A stretch of DNA of 64,000 nt from Phoronis australis. Lineage: Eukaryota; Animalia; Phoronida. The stretch is from contig NMRA01000447.1 in NCBI GenBank assembly GCA_002633005.1, positions 80,237 through 144,236 on the forward strand, written 5' to 3'. Under the pieces are notes generated by a model. That model worked only from the letters and a program-made list of their open reading frames with translations, was not told the DNA's origin and did not search any database. This document shows, in pieces, positions 1-12,255 of this stretch; the stretch's first letter is position 1, and each line of letters starts with the position of its first letter. The translations under genes and the position numbers were made by a program.

Positions 1-822
1 GGGGGGGCTCAAACCCAATTTCAAGTGTCAAATTCGGAACACGGCGCATTCGTAACGGAACTATGGCTAAGTATAGGCTCTCCCGCGATATCCCAGGCGA
101 CCGGCAGTGGCGCTGCGCACTACGACTCCGTTTTCGTCGTCTGCTCCACTGTGCAATGAAGAAATTTTACTTCATTTTTTAAAGAGAATGGAACCTGAGT
201 GACGATGAAAAAACAGAAGCTGTTGGTAAGATGTGAATTTTAATCGAAGCCTTAGTGAATCACTCAGAAACTCGCAATACTCTCTTTGTCAAACCTTATC
301 TTAAGACGATTTCCAAAGCAATCCCGTCATTATTGCCAACACGAGAAACGGATTTGGTCTTTTGGGCATTTGAAGACTATTTTAAATACGACAAATTTGT
401 TAAGAATTGATGGCGCAAAATATAAAACGTATAGCATTACGAAAAGAAGTAGGTTTCGCGCGCAAACGTTGTGGACCATAAACAAGTAGGTCTTTTAATT
501 TAAGTCTAGTAGATAAATCGTGGTGGTGTAGTGGTAACGCACGCGCTCACTAAGCTCCAGGTTGTGAGTTCGAGTTCAGTTTTTCCTGTTTGACACGTTC
601 TCCGTTTCTTTTTCTTTTTTTCTTGGATAATACTTCAGGAATCAAGGAAAATGCTTGATTGTAGAGGTAAAAACAGAAAAATTTCCTGAGCGGGCAAACC
701 CCCCTCCCGACCTCCCCCCATTCGGTGCTATGCGCATCTACAATCGTGGTTCAGTTGGCGCAAATGCCTGCAGCCGGACAAAATGTTGGCCCCACCCTTG
801 TGATATCCTAGATCCGCCACTG
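1..822. mobile_element. Non-autonomous DNA transposon remnant, left end outside the window
   Basis: Ends in CTAGATCCGCCACTG (808-822), the inverse of the CAGTGGCGGAT terminus seen on the 4159-4314 element; G-run at position 1 resembles the subterminal sequence. Confidence 0.45.
520..580 (+). mobile_element. tRNA-derived SINE head fragment
   Basis: A-box-like TGGTGTAGTGG and B-box-like GTTCGAGT, no complete cloverleaf. Confidence 0.45.
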
Positions 823-972
823 TTCTTCCCCGCGCGTGAGCACTGAATTGACCTTGAGACCTCACAGCTAGACCACAGAGTCAGACAGTATCACTGCCGC
901 CTGGTTTCTTGAGTTAGGGCGTCTTCTCATTCCTCAGTGATTGATGAGGTAATCACGTGTGTTTTCCATTTA

Positions 973-3931
973 GAGCTAGTGGGGGAAATTGGGCCCTTTC
1001 TCGGACATGGGGCTAGTCTGGCCAGGGGTCGAACCTGCCCCGTTCACTTTACTTGATATACCGGTATCATCTTTGTTTTTATTCAGGAAATTTAATGAGT
1101 AGTATTCCGACATCACAAAATTCAAGGCACAAACTGTTTCTTTGGTAGTGCATTGTCACATTTTGTAGGTTTGTGAACAGAAAATGATTTTTAAACGTAA
1201 ATACTGTGGGCACAAAAATGCGAAAATGTTTTACTCTATATGTCTGATGCGAAGCCAGAACGGGGTATATGCATTTATCGTCTGGTCTTGAATAAATAAA
1301 ATGTCAAGTTTTAATTATCATTTGTTTGTTTTTTTTCAGAATTTTTCCATAACCTTGGATCGACATAACAAGAGAAAAAATAAATCAAGAGTATCAGATG
1401 GGCAGCGCTGGAATATTACAATGCTGCTGCAAATGGACGGAGCGTTTGTTCGGAGTGCCCAGAACGACTCTTCAGAATTACGTCAAGAGATTTAACAATC
1501 TGCCTTAAGACTGTTCCTCAACTTCAAAAATGATATTTGGATACAAAAACGTAAGGCAAGTTTTCACAGATGATCAAGAAGCAACACTACCTAAAATATG
1601 GATAATATGTATATTTTGGCCTCAGCTCGAGAGAAGTACGTTCATTGGCATATGAATACCCGAAAAACTTTGCTGTTAAAATGCCAGATCCTTGGAGTGA
1701 AAGAGAAATGGCGGGAGTCGACTGGTTCTCGGCTTTTTTGAAGCGTCATCCTTTGGCTAGTTTGTTGGTGAAATTTCCAGAGGCAACTAGTATTGCTAGG
1801 GCCTCTGCATTTGACAAACAAAACGTTTCGCAATTTTTCAGTAAACTGGGAAGCGCTATGGACAGATACCATTTTGAAGCGAAAGATAATGGAATGTGGA
1901 TGAAACACTGAGGGGTTGTAATCTTAGTGAAACCGTCAAAAGTTGTAGCGGGCACTGATATGAAGCAGGTTTGGGGTCACTGGCGTCGGCAGAGAGGGGA
2001 CACTTGGTGACTCTGTGTGCTGCAGTTTCAGCTTGCGGTGACTGAGACCATCCCAACCTTCTTGATTTATATTCAAGTGCATTATTAGGAATATCTTATA
2101 AATAGAGCACTGCTGGCTCAAAAGGAACCGCTCATCCATCAGGTTGGATGACAGTTGACAACTTCACCATGTTTCTTCTGCATTTCATTGAAAATGTCAA
2201 ACCATCAAAAGATGCTCCCACTCATTCTTCTGGATAACCACGATTCACATCTATCCATCAAGGCCTTGGACGTCGCAAAAGAACGGGAATGTCATGCATT
2301 CTTTCCCACCCCACTGCTCACATCGACTTCAACCGCTCGACATGTCTATTTTTGGACCATTGAAAGAACGAATATCTATGTCTCAAGCTTAAGAAACAAC
2401 CCAGGAAAACTAAACACCATATATGACATGGCGTCAATAATATGCAAACCATGGAAGGAAACTTTAAACTTTTCCAACATTTCCAGCGGGTTTCAAAAGT
2501 CCGTCGGGGATCTATCCGTACAATCCCAACATCTTTAGAGACGAAGATTTTTTACCATCAGTAGTCAATGATAGACCCTTTCCTGATCCTGTCAGTTCTC
2601 CAACAACATCAACTACTATGCCTGTTGTTGATGAATTTAATGGGTACTTGAATGACCACTGTATATCGGTTATTCCAGCACGTGGAAACGGCCATTGCTT
2701 GCTCTAGGTTCATCACTGCGCGCCACTGGCGAAGGCACCCACAGTAATGACAAAATAGCTAATCTTCTTGAGATGAAAAACCACCAAGGCTACCACCAGC
2801 AATTTGCTTGTGATGACTTGGATGCAGCGGAAGCGGTCGAAAGATAAACGACAGACAATACGACAATAGCACATGCGACATATTTCTCAATGCTCTGTGT
2901 ACTACATATTACAAATGAAAGTTGTTGTTCTCACTACTAGGGTAGCTGGCAAGGTAAATAAAGTTAAAGTGCCACCAGGTCGATCTGGTGTCTACACAAA
3001 CAAAGAGCACCGTTCATCTCACTTCAAGTTACGAGGTTCACTGGCAGGCGTTAATGCTTATTACGATGGGGCATGATTTTTAAGACCCCGAAATCACCTG
3101 CCCAACCCGAGCAATCCCTGTAATCAGATTCAAGTGTTCAGTAGCCCGTGATTGCCGAAATTCAAGGCAGTGAGACGACACCCAACATCTCCACCGTGCA
3201 AAACCACAGGTGGAAACAGAAAAACGGAGAAAATCCGCCGTTCTCACCGACACCAGAGAAAGAGGCCCTGGGATAAGAACAGGCCAAGCGAAAGAAGAAA
3301 CCTGCGAGAAAGCGTTCTGTTGGCACAAAACCAAAACAAAACGAAAAAGAAAAGAAAATTGCCGTCCCCATTTTCATACAGCGAGTCTGAACAGGAGTGG
3401 TTTTGCCTTTGTTTAGAACCTTATTCTTGTAACAGGAGTAAAGAAAAGTGGGCTCCTTGTGGCGTTGAGTGTAAATGGTGGGCTCATAAAGAGATGCACT
3501 GACCGGCGATCATGATGAGATGCCGTCCTCCTTGGTGTGCCACAGCTGTAACTCAGAGGAGGACTAACACAAATACGTTTAAACTCTCATGTTTTTTACT
3601 CTTAATCGCTCATTAAGTAGAAAAGTAGCATTCGATTACGAGTTTAGTAGGTGAAAGATTATGATAGTTGCGAAGTATTTTTAATAGACATTCAAGCCCA
3701 AGCTGTTGTGTAATTTACGGTCCTGGGGCAAGTTGGGTCCCGAAGGTGAACATTTTAAAACAAAATTGCTGCAAGACAGGTGCACTTACATCGCTTAAAT
3801 TTGCACCATATATTGGCTGACAGACCGCACTTCTTGCGCAGCGCTTAATTGGATGAACTAGCTGAAATAGTTTCCGCAATATTGCACATTTTTCAAAAAG
3901 GGTCGAATTAGCCCCCGGCCGGTCTCCCCTA
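973..3931 (+). mobile_element. Decayed pogo/Tigger-like (Tc1/mariner superfamily, DDE_1) DNA transposon
   Basis: Degenerate TIRs (GGGGGAAATTGGGCCCTTT near 981; AAAGGGTCGAATTAGCCCCC...CTCCCC-TA at 3897-3931) flank transposase remnants; left boundary approximate. Confidence 0.75.
1360..3567 (+). pseudogene. Frameshifted transposase: HTH/CENP-B-like, DDE_1, OTU-like insert, C-terminal PHD finger
   Basis: Motifs across shifting frames: AGVDWFSAFLKRHP, PEATSIARASAF, WNVDETE, SGWMT, LILLDNHDSH, FPPHCSHRLQPLD, GIYPYNPNIFRDEDFLPS, KSAVLTDT, WFCLCLEPYS...CKWWAHK...VCHSCNSEED*; many stops and frameshifts; start approximate. Confidence 0.85.
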
Positions 3932-4158
3932 CTGGGTGTTATTAACCAGTCGTCGTAACATTCCAGGTTATGTCAGATAATTAAACTTTTGATTTCAGGC
4001 CCGTTTACGTGTCTTTTTGCATAGGCCTACTTTTTCTGGAATATAAGTTTCTGTAATTTTTTCGAGTGAAACTGCGCAAATCAGCGCGTTGACACCGCCC
4101 ACATCCTCTGCTGCGGGCAAGCTTTCAACGGATGGGCCTGGAAAAAATGAGCCCGGTC

Positions 4159-4314
4159 CAGTGGCGGATTTACTGGGGTGCCAAGGGGGCCATGGCCCCC
4201 CTAATTCTCCCAGATTCCATTGGGCAGTTCGGAGGTGCGAATGTTTGACGGGCAAAATCCTGGCTAATATGCTGCCCTGGCCCCCACTAACTCAAAATTC
4301 TGGATCTGCCCCTG
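4159..4314. mobile_element. Short MITE with CAGTGGCGGAT...GGATCTGCCCCTG termini (hAT-like)
   Basis: Imperfect terminal inverted repeats and GGGGGCCATGGCCCCC subterminal palindrome; no clear TSD. Confidence 0.6.
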
Positions 4315-5393
4315 CGACGGGCCAATGCATCCTGGCCGCTGTAAAGACCGCGACCAAAGCTACGAAAAGCGAACCGCAACCATAGTGTACCGGGAGCCAC
4401 TACAACAACAGCAGTAAAATATTTTGGCGAGTCAATAAAGTTGCGGATTAACTGATTATTGGGCAACTGATTTCGGTGCACTGATTCAGTCTTAATTCTT
4501 TCTTTGTAGTTTTACATGTGTAGACTAGCTCTTTTAGGGTCGCGTTTTGTGCTGATTGTTGTAGGTAATTACTTTTCGCCGTAGGCACAAAAACCGTTAC
4601 CACCTCTTTGAGAAATGGAAACACTGAACCCGATGGTCGGCCTGGCAACCACGACGTGAACCGTTGCACGGACCCGCTAGCGTATATAGAACGTCCCGGA
4701 GTTCGAGATCTCGCTAGCCAATGTGATCTCTTCAGAAATGTGACCAACACATGACGTGTGAGAAGACTAACAACTCTTAACCCGGCGCTGATTATAACTG
4801 AACAGCGTAGTTAGCACTTTATCTTTTATCGAGACTATTTTCATGCGCAAGTAAGCCAAAAGACCTCAATTTCTGAAAACTCCGCTATCCGGAATCTGGA
4901 GAAACACCGACAGCGCCATTAGAAACTGTTATAGCGGCATTTTCCGATACTAGTAAGCCCCAGGGCTAAGTATATGTCCAACAGCTGGAAAAAGCATCGA
5001 TTCCAGTTCGTCAAATACATTTGACCTGGCTTACATTTGGAAAATTGGGCCTATAAATGGAAAATGTATTATAAAACATGTCACGACGAATTTTTTTCTG
5101 GTTGAAAAACCAAAATGTGTCGCCACAAATTTTATCTGGTTAAAAACTGACTACAAACGTTTTAAGTGGAAACGTATTTTGCCAACCTGCGATTTTATTT
5201 CCAGGCGCCCTTTATGTTTAGTTTGACATGTTCATCACACTCAACGATATTCCAGCTAAAGTGACATATGACTCCAACACTAACACGAAAAAGACCTACA
5301 AACTGTGGCAAATTTTAATAGTATCCCTCCCAGTATAGGCCAGTGACCAGAGAGACCACGAGAACTGAAGAAGTCATGTAAAATAAAAAAATC

Positions 5394-5399
5394 TTTATT
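5394..5399 (-). terminator. Candidate polyadenylation signal of the RIMBP gene
   Basis: AATAAA on the minus strand within AU-rich sequence, followed by a U-rich tract; implies a ~2.3 kb 3' UTR. Confidence 0.55.
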
Positions 5400-5794
5400 T
5401 ACAGTTAAATAACAATGATAATTTATGTAAATATGGAATGTCAATAGTGCAATGTTTCAATTGTAAATTGAATTGTAATAAATATTAATTCCCAAGATTC
5501 AAACATATTGTTCTGCACTTACAGTTTGGCACATAAACCTGTTCATCTTTAACACACAGTATAAGACAAAAGTAATCTGACTTCTTTTGGCCTGTACTGT
5601 AGTAATCAACTATTCCACTAAACATTCATTGAGCCAGAATCATTGCTAAGAGAAGAAGGGACAGAATACATACAACCAGGAAGAGATAATTTTATATTCC
5701 ATGTTCTTCTTTCAAAAATATAAATCTTTAAGTTTGTTAAAACAATGGAAAGGCACAATCATCCAAAGGTAGCCAAATAACAGCCTCACTGAGG

Positions 5795-5915
5795 AGGAAG
5801 TGTGACCCAGTGGGTTGATTGTCCACCTCCTGTTCACCAGGTCATAGGTTCGAATCCCTCTGGATCCCACTGCAAGACCCCAGAATCAGGTCTCTAGTTC
5901 CTTACCTCGGTCTTA
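5795..5915 (+). mobile_element. tRNA-derived SINE in the inferred 3' UTR (antisense to the gene)
   Basis: GTGTGACCCAGTGG A-box, GGTTCGAATCC B-box; body CACTGCAAGACCCC resembles the copy at 43760. Confidence 0.6.
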
Positions 5916-6140
5916 ATTGTATATTTTATTGTTAATAAAGGAAAATGGTTTCAGGGATTTGGTAAAATGGGCATGGCTAAGCGACCAGCGCACGTGTAAT
6001 GCAAGGTGTATCAGACCACTTGCAGTATTACTGTATTCCACTGGTTTCCTTGAACTGATGATGAAAATAATAAAAGCTGGAAAACCTTAAAGGTACTTTT
6101 TCAAATTATACACCGGATTATCCAACCACAGAATATAGAA

Positions 6141-6461
6141 TACCTACCAAAAATAATCAAACAAAATAACCTTTCCCTGTCTTGACAGGGAGATACCCGT
6201 CATGACCAGTGATTCTAGCAACTTTGCTAATGAATTCTGCTTGCACACACCCATCAAGACACCAGGTTACGGTCATCGCAATGCTTTGTTTTAATTAGTC
6301 AGATTCCCCTGGTACGTACCAGTTCTAAGTCGACTGTTAATGCCAGATGAAGCGAACCATTCGAGAGCAGCCGCACAACTGAGGCAATCCACATGAAGGT
6401 TACCCTCAGCTGTCATGATCAGGAATTTCAGGTCATTTTGTTTGATTATTTTTGGTACGTA
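6141..6461. mobile_element. MITE with ~30 bp TIRs in the inferred 3' UTR
   Basis: TACCTACCAAAAATAATCAAACAAAATAACCT pairs with AGGTCATTTTGTTTGATTATTTTTGGTACGTA; related ends at 28400-28452 and 35790-36063. Confidence 0.65.
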
Positions 6462-7719
6462 TCAAAATAGAAAATGATTTTGATTGACAGAACTGGCCAG
6501 CACTTCCAACAGTTGGCTGTTTCAAATCCATTGGCAGCGATCTTTCCAGTTAATGTTGATGACAGAAACAAAACATAATAGTGGCAAGGAAAATATCGAG
6601 ACATGTTTGTCCTTATTACTTCATCGCGTTTAAACCGAGAAAGGAGGAAACGCGCCCTTTCGGAGTACACCAGAGGAAAACGGCCATTTTTACCCCAAAA
6701 CTTCAATCCCTTCAACCAGAAGAGACTACGAGATCTTCAAAAAATGGTCAACATTAAAGCAAAAGTGCCTTTGAAACCATTGTCACTGCCTGCATAGATT
6801 AAAGTTACTCAAAAACAATACTTAGGAGACGAAGTATACATTTTTTGCATAAATTACTACTTCACTAATACCTTTTTGTAGAAATTACGCTAATTGGAAT
6901 GATAGAAACAGTTTCCAATCCAAATGTCCAAAATAGAAACATATTGCAAACGTGCCGAATCTCAGTTAAAGCTTTAAGACAATACTCCAGCAATACCGAC
7001 AATGCCTAAAACCTGCCTTCAGACTATTTTACGGTCAACAACTTGGCAAACATCACCAGAATACAAGATTACAATGAAGCCTACCCACTTCTAACATTAC
7101 AAAATAGCATTGAATCACCCTAGACTAATCTCTCGGTGCAAAAAGTCTAAATCTCTTTGAAGTGCTTTAATTTCAAAACCAACTACAGACTCGAACATGA
7201 TGTTCTCTATCCTAGAACGCGAGACCAAAGTTCCATCACGACCAATCTCAACATAGATGCTATTTTCCGCAACCACGGCAACAACAAGCAGCGAAGATAG
7301 GATTGGTAGCCATATTTTGCATTAAGTTCACTTATGAGTCACTTTAGGATGCTGACTTAAAAGGTGCAGTCTACAAAACACTTAGACTGTCCTGGGTCCT
7401 GTTTCACTAACATGACGTAATTTTGCGACATCAGTCTAAACCTGTTTGAAAATTGTAGAAAAACTACAATATTCATACACCACCTACTTCAGAGGGATAT
7501 TCCCACAAATACACAAGTTTGACAAAAAAGTTGACAAAATTTGTCTAAATGTGCACGGCTTTCCCAAACTTATATCAAAAACCCAAATGGACACCAGGCA
7601 AAAAAGACACTAAAATGATCCAAAAGTTAGTTGTAAAATTTAGCTTTGAAAATTTCGGGACATTTTTTTAAAACTATTGCAGGCATCTGACTGCATTCAG
7701 ACTTCGTCACAACGTGGTA

Positions 7720-7911
7720 CTATTTTGCCAGTTTCTTAAAGATGCTTTTCCCTTTACTGAAGAGGCTTTTCTTTTTCTTGTCCTTTCCATCTTCAGACAC
7801 AGTAGGCGAGGCCTTCACAATGGAGTCCTCTTCTGATGACTTGTTCTTCTTCTTTTTCTTGTCTTTTTTGGCTGAAGATTTCTTTTGGGATTTCTCGCTT
7901 TGTTTCTTTTT
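7720..7911 (-). CDS. RIMBP2: RIMBP coding exon 26 (last): lysine-rich tail
   Basis: ttttag acceptor, phase 0, KKKQSEK...KKKKSLFSKGKSIFKKLAK then TAG. Confidence 0.88.
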   Translation of the reverse strand, partial: KKKQSEKSQKKSSAKKDKKKKKNKSSEEDSIVKASPTVSEDGKDKKKKSLFSKGKSIFKKLAK

Positions 7912-8625
7912 CTAAAATATATAGAAGGTAAAATCCAAGGGAACATTACAGGCAATCCATTACCATCTCTATATTATGTGAACAGAAAACAAGAGCAACG
8001 TGGAGCGTTGAAATGCGCCCACGAATGCAATGCTAACGGTGTGCTTCTGGGGGTGTATATTTGTATGGCTACTAGATGGCGCAAAATACATCGAATCCAT
8101 CCGAAAACGGGAACATGCCATCCCTTCTTTAATAGAAAGCTATATAATTAATTTCATAAAAATACGTCAAGAACTTCAGAGAAGCAAAGGAAAACAGAAA
8201 AAAAAAACGAAATTGCCACTAGGAGGCACAGTGTTCGCCAGATTCATCTGAAAGTCGTCATAGTCCGTTGTCAACTTCATATAAATACATTGCTAAATTT
8301 AATAAAGATCCTGCAGTAGGTTTAGGAGATGCAACTATGCGCACGCAAAAAACTGCCACTAGGAGGCGTCACAGCAGTCAAAGTCTTTGGAAAATCATCA
8401 TTAAACATCCTCTTCACACTATATTCACCTCTTTCACGAACGCGGGGCGCTGCTGTCGTGTTGATCGAAAACGAGGCGCCTTGACAAACATGGCATCGTC
8501 CAAAAATCAAGTTGTCTGATGTTGAATCAATCTCCAAAAAACATACCAATATTTACGGCAACTAGACTTTTACCCTCCTCTGCCATTCCTTAGTAGTTTT
8601 CCCTCTTTTGAAAAAGTGTGGAAGT

Positions 8626-10388
8626 CAGGGATATACCCAGGCTTTTAGTCTTGAAAAACCCTGCTCGCCAGCTGGGCGAGTGCCGGAGCCCGAGAAAATC
8701 TACTCGCCAAGCCCGAAGTTCGGTCACCCGGCCGTTGGCGACAGTCACCACAAACTTGCTGCTAATTTAAATAAAAATCATCGTTTCGTGCACTGATGTC
8801 ACCATCTATTAGGGCTACCGTATTCGCTCTAATAAGCGCCCAGGGGGACTCTTTTTGTAGCCTACGGCAGTTAAAACCTGGTCTCCGAAACGGGTGAAAT
8901 CGGAAGCTAGGATTCATCAAATTTACGCGCTGTGACGTATGTGTAACCTATGACAGACTAGCTACAAAACTGTGGTGCATTGCTATCAAACTCTGTTGTT
9001 AAATTACGATCTTTTTAAAAAAATGTGCTGAAATCCCAGGGCGAAAACTTGCCGACTGATGCGTCGCTGCTTCGCGATCGTCGATAGGACAACTTGAATT
9101 CTTGAGTAAAAATAGTTTCGACTCAAATTACCTGAAATCCTCCCAAATAGCCTTTCCTAAGATTCTTAAGTTCCTGTGGACTCGGAGTCGGGATTAACCG
9201 CAGATTAAGTCAAAATCTGCGCTAGATCGCACCCCGCAACGAGAAAAATCTGGACGAACACATATGTTGTTGTCACGTGACGTTTGTATTGAAGTGAATC
9301 AGCTGGTGTGCACCGAGTGAGCGAGCGCGTGCGTGTCATCAGTGTTCATTTGCCAGAGTAGCACTCAGGCCCAATGAGCTGTATAATGTGATATATTTAT
9401 CTCATTGAGCAGGCCCACATGTTATATGTGGGCCCTAGCGCGCGCTTCTTGGCCAAGTTTCGATTCGCGGTTTTTATAATTTTTCGTGTACAAAACAATC
9501 TGGATTCCTGTTGTGGGAGAAGATCTGTACGGGAAAGATACAATACCAATCCCGTTGACCTGAGTACGCTGCGTCTGTTCTGATCAGGGCCAGACCATGT
9601 AGTGTGACACTTTCCTCCGCGCAAGATCAGCAAATCTTTTGCGTTCTTTTTGAAGCACTGCGGAATGGTTTGAAGTGTACAGCCACGGCTAAATACCGAC
9701 ATAGCGGCGAGGCTCGTGGTCTACTAGAAATTACGCGCACAATGATTTTTCAGAACTGTCGGATATTATTGATAAATTGAATACATTTACTGTAGAATTT
9801 TAGAACTGTGAGGTAAGACATTTTTCGCACTGATATATACACATTCATGGACTGGGCGCTTATTTTAGCGAAGTCTGAAAACGAGTGGGGACGCTTATAG
9901 GGGCATGGGCGCTTATTAGGACGAATGTTATAAAAATAATTTTGGCTAAAATGACATTGTACATTACAATAAGAAATCAGTTCCAAGAAATATGGTATTT
10001 TATTTGCTATGAGCACATGGACCGGTCTTCCACCTTTCTCCCCTTTTCTTCGTTTCGGACTAGTCCACAAATTCTTTGTGCACGACCACACACTGTGTTT
10101 TTTTGACGAATCGCGTAACGGGTGACATGTACTGAATCGGTAGGGTCGCACTGCGCCGATGTTTTTTACTGCCGGAGCATCGACACGATGACCAAACTGA
10201 ACCTTAAATTCATGATAAAAACAGCACAAGGAGGAGGAAAATTATTCATATTCATCTGGGAAACGATATATAGTGCTTTTGCGCTCTGAAATTCGCTCGC
10301 CACCGGGCGACCGGCAAGTCAACTTCTACTCGCCCAGCACCATTTTTACTCGCATTGGCGACTGGGCGAATGGCTAAGTATATCCCTG
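8626..10388. mobile_element. hAT-like MITE nested in the Helentron-type element
   Basis: TIRs CAGGGATATAC / GTATATCCCTG, subterminal CTCGCC repeats, near-perfect 6-bp TSD GGAAGT/GGAAGG. Confidence 0.75.
8818..9928. mobile_element. Tc1/mariner (Tigger-like) MITE nested in the hAT-like MITE
   Basis: TA-CCGTATTCGCTCTAATAAGCGCCC ... GGGCGCTTATTAGGACGAATGT-TA. Confidence 0.7.
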
Positions 10389-11509
10389 GGAAGGATACCG
10401 ACGAGATATTACTGGAATTGGTACATTCACGTTCAGGCACTGCACAGTACACTATGGCCAGCTGATGATCACTCACGAGGTTTTATCAGTGTGCCTCGTT
10501 TTCGATCAGTATTTAAAGATGGCGCGGGAAGATGGCGCTTTCGTGAAATAGGTGAATATGCCAATTTTCACAATCATCCTTAGAATGGTTTGATTGATAG
10601 AAGGGCTGACACGAAAACAGCAAAAATGGCCATAGGGTGGCACAAAATACCTTGATTCCATCCAAAAACGGGTCATCTCACCAACAGATGCCTATATTCC
10701 AAATTTTATGAAAATCCATAGAACACCTTTGAAGATATAGAGGTAAACGTAAAAAAACAAAAATTTCCACTAGGAAGCACACCGGTAGTAAGATTCATCC
10801 AAAAGTCGTCGTCGTCCATTATCAAATTCATATAAATACATTTGCTAAATTTAGTAACAATTCTGCATAGTGTTATGGAGATACAGCCATGGGTGCAAAA
10901 AAACTGATACTAGGAGGCGCCACAACAGTCAAAGTCGGAAAATCATTGTCATCCATCCTCTTCCTAGTAAGAACATACATGCCAATTTTCACGATCATTC
11001 TTAGAGTTGTTTGGTTGATAGAGGGGCGGATGCCAAAAAACAGACTCGAAAACAGTAAAAATGGCCACTAGGTGGCGCAAAATGCCATGAATCCATCCAA
11101 AAACGGGAGAATAGCGTCACCTTATAAATAGATGCCTAATGTACCAAATTTCAGACTCAAAAACAGTAAAAATGGCCACTAGGTGGTGCAAAATGCCTTG
11201 AATGCATCCGAAAACGGGAGAATAGCGTCACCTTATAAATAGATGCCCACGTGCCAAATTTCATGAAAATCAGCTGAGGACCTTTGAAGATACAGAGGTA
11301 AACGTAAAAAAATAAAGTTGCCACACGGGGGCACAACAGTAATCGGGTGGATCCAAAACTGGTCCCCCTCTGTCATCAACCCCACAGAAACATACCTGCC
11401 AAATTCCAATAAGATCCTGCAAGGGATTTAGGAGATACAGACGCGGATGCCTGGACAGAGATGACAGCAATATGCACCCACATATAAATATGTGGGCGCA
11501 TAGCCATTA

Positions 11510-11590
11510 CAGTAAAACTCCCATAAATCTGACTTTGCCTCACTTTAAATTTCTTGGGTCGCTTAGATCAGATTTGTTGGAGTTTTACTG
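11510..11590. mobile_element. 81-bp Tc1/mariner-type MITE
   Basis: TA-CAGTAAAACTCC ... GGAGTTTTACTG-TA. Confidence 0.7.
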
Positions 11591-12255
11591 TAATTAAAAA
11601 CTTCATAATGAATCACAGCATGCATTATAGTTCAAATGTTTCAAACTTAAAACAATGGCAGTAACAAATTACTTGGCCAGCATAGGAAACCCAATCACAG
11701 TGGGAATGATACATGTGACTTAAATTACCCGACGACAGATGGCTACTAAGACGGTCAAGTCATAGCATGGAATTCCGTTTGCACTCAGCCGTTATGACCC
11801 AGAATAATGGGCCATTTTGTCTGTTTTCGTTCGGCCTATACTGAAAGTGGTGTCACAAAAACACCAACATGGAAAGAGGAGTAAAATGTTTGCAAAGTCA
11901 AGCATGCACTTTAAACATGATGACTCTTCTATTAAATTCACAAATTGTGTCAAATCCACATTTTTTTAAAGTTCAAAATCATGTGTCCATATTTTCCCAT
12001 ATAGTCCTAAAGCTCACTTCATGTACTTGCAGTTTGTATTATAACCACATAGATCTTGATACAGTCAGACACATGAATATGGAAATAATATGGAAAATTT
12101 GAGTTTCCATCTAAGTAAAATGCAACATTGAATGTGTGAGAATACATTTGTTTTTCAAATAGACAGCATCTGCTAAATTGTGTTCAATTCAACCTTGAGA
12201 CTTTCCTGGCTAATGATTTTAATAACAGTTTATATTCATACACTACTATTCATAC

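Larger units (their letters stand above)
7989..11502 (+). mobile_element. Helentron-associated (HINE/DINE-1-like) non-autonomous element with nested insertions
   Basis: 5' ACAAG start plus subterminal ATGCGCCCAC, ~140-nt diverged internal core repeats, 3' hairpin TATGCACCCACATA-TAAA-TATGTGGGCGCATA (11471-11502) containing the inverse subterminal repeat. Confidence 0.7.

Noticed and set aside
3995-4800. GC-richer block with several ORFs and promoter-like motifs
   Set aside because: ORFs overlap a MITE, give no recognisable protein and lack a convincing splice partner
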